DNA of 64,000 nt, taken from the NCBI GenBank assembly GCA_964016885.1, contig OZ024740.1, forward strand, positions 281,356,001-281,420,000, read 5' to 3'. The DNA comes from Eledone cirrhosa. Taxonomy: Eukaryota. Shown in pieces: positions 63,301 to 64,000 of this stretch. The stretch's first letter is position 1; each line of letters begins with the position of its first letter. The translations under genes were made by a program, and so were the position numbers. Under the pieces are notes generated by a model. It was not told the origin of the DNA. It did no database searches and worked only from the letters and a program-made list of their open reading frames with translations.

Positions 63301-64000
63301 TCTTTGGTGGACCACGACGGGCGCATGCTACTCGATCCCGGGCAAATGTGTGAAGCTTTCTAGCGACACTTCGCCCAGCTGTTCGGGGGCAGCGGCGGGC
63401 CGAATCGAGGGATGGACTTTAGTGTCTACCTCGACGGACTGCCGCGGCTCTCGGCCACTGAGGCGGAGTGTTGCGAAAAGCCGATAACAGCCACTGAAGT
63501 ACGGGAGGCAATGAGTGACTGCACAAGGGGTAAATCGCCTGGTTTGAATAGTCTGCCCTATGAACTTTACGTACTGATGCCAGACTTGTTCGGAGGCCTC
63601 TTGGTGGACGTCTACTGCAACTGGCAACAGAACGGGAGAATTCCCAGCTCTGTGAGCCGAGGAGCTGTGGCGCTGCTGAGAAAGGATCCGAACAAGGGGG
63701 ATAACATAGATAATTTCAGGCCCATAACTCTGCTAAACACAGAGTTCAAGATTTTGGTGCTAGCAAAGAGGTTGGCGCTTGTCGTTGGTGGTCTGGTGGG
63801 AGAGGCGCAGACGTGCGCATTCCCGACAGCTCGATCCACGAAACCTGCACCTCATGCGATACATCATAGAGAGGGTAGCTAGAGAACCTGGAACGGGTGG
63901 GTCCTTGATCAATTTAGATCAGTCGAAAGCTTTCGATAGGGTCGACCATCGTTACCTAGCGGCAGTCCTGAGGGCGGCTGGCTTTGGGCCCGTTTTCAGA
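60311..64000 (+). mobile_element. Tx1-type element subfamily B with intact 5' end but disrupted ORFs, running off the window
   Basis: Starts right after (ATT)n; ORF1 pieces 60525-62319; ORF2 from 62354 with a deletion at about 62510 and frameshifts. Confidence 0.93.

Overview
AT-rich, microsatellite-laden metazoan DNA with no recognisable host gene. The SINEs and overall texture resemble octopus or another cephalopod, but that is inference. The window is almost entirely retroelement-derived. (1) Two nests of non-LTR retrotransposons are joined by (TTA)n runs: L1/Tx1-type APE-RT elements on + (one fully intact copy at 54255-60310) and R4/Dong-type RT-RLE elements on -. (2) Many Penelope-like (GIY-YIG) remnants and non-autonomous derivatives sit in (TA)n, with inverted ends and minimal type I hammerhead ribozymes, including a young 311-bp hammerhead tandem array (retrozyme-like). 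(3) There are also Tc1/mariner and pogo remnants or MITEs, an RTE fragment and SINEs. The most interesting observations are clustered sense-strand A>G substitutions that look like ADAR editing written back into DNA, a conserved GT-AG mini-intron candidate that would fuse Tx1 ORF1 to ORF2 in frame, two unrelated clades sharing one microsatellite target and a similar 5' leader, and the hammerhead array. All alignments, counts and folds were done by eye.
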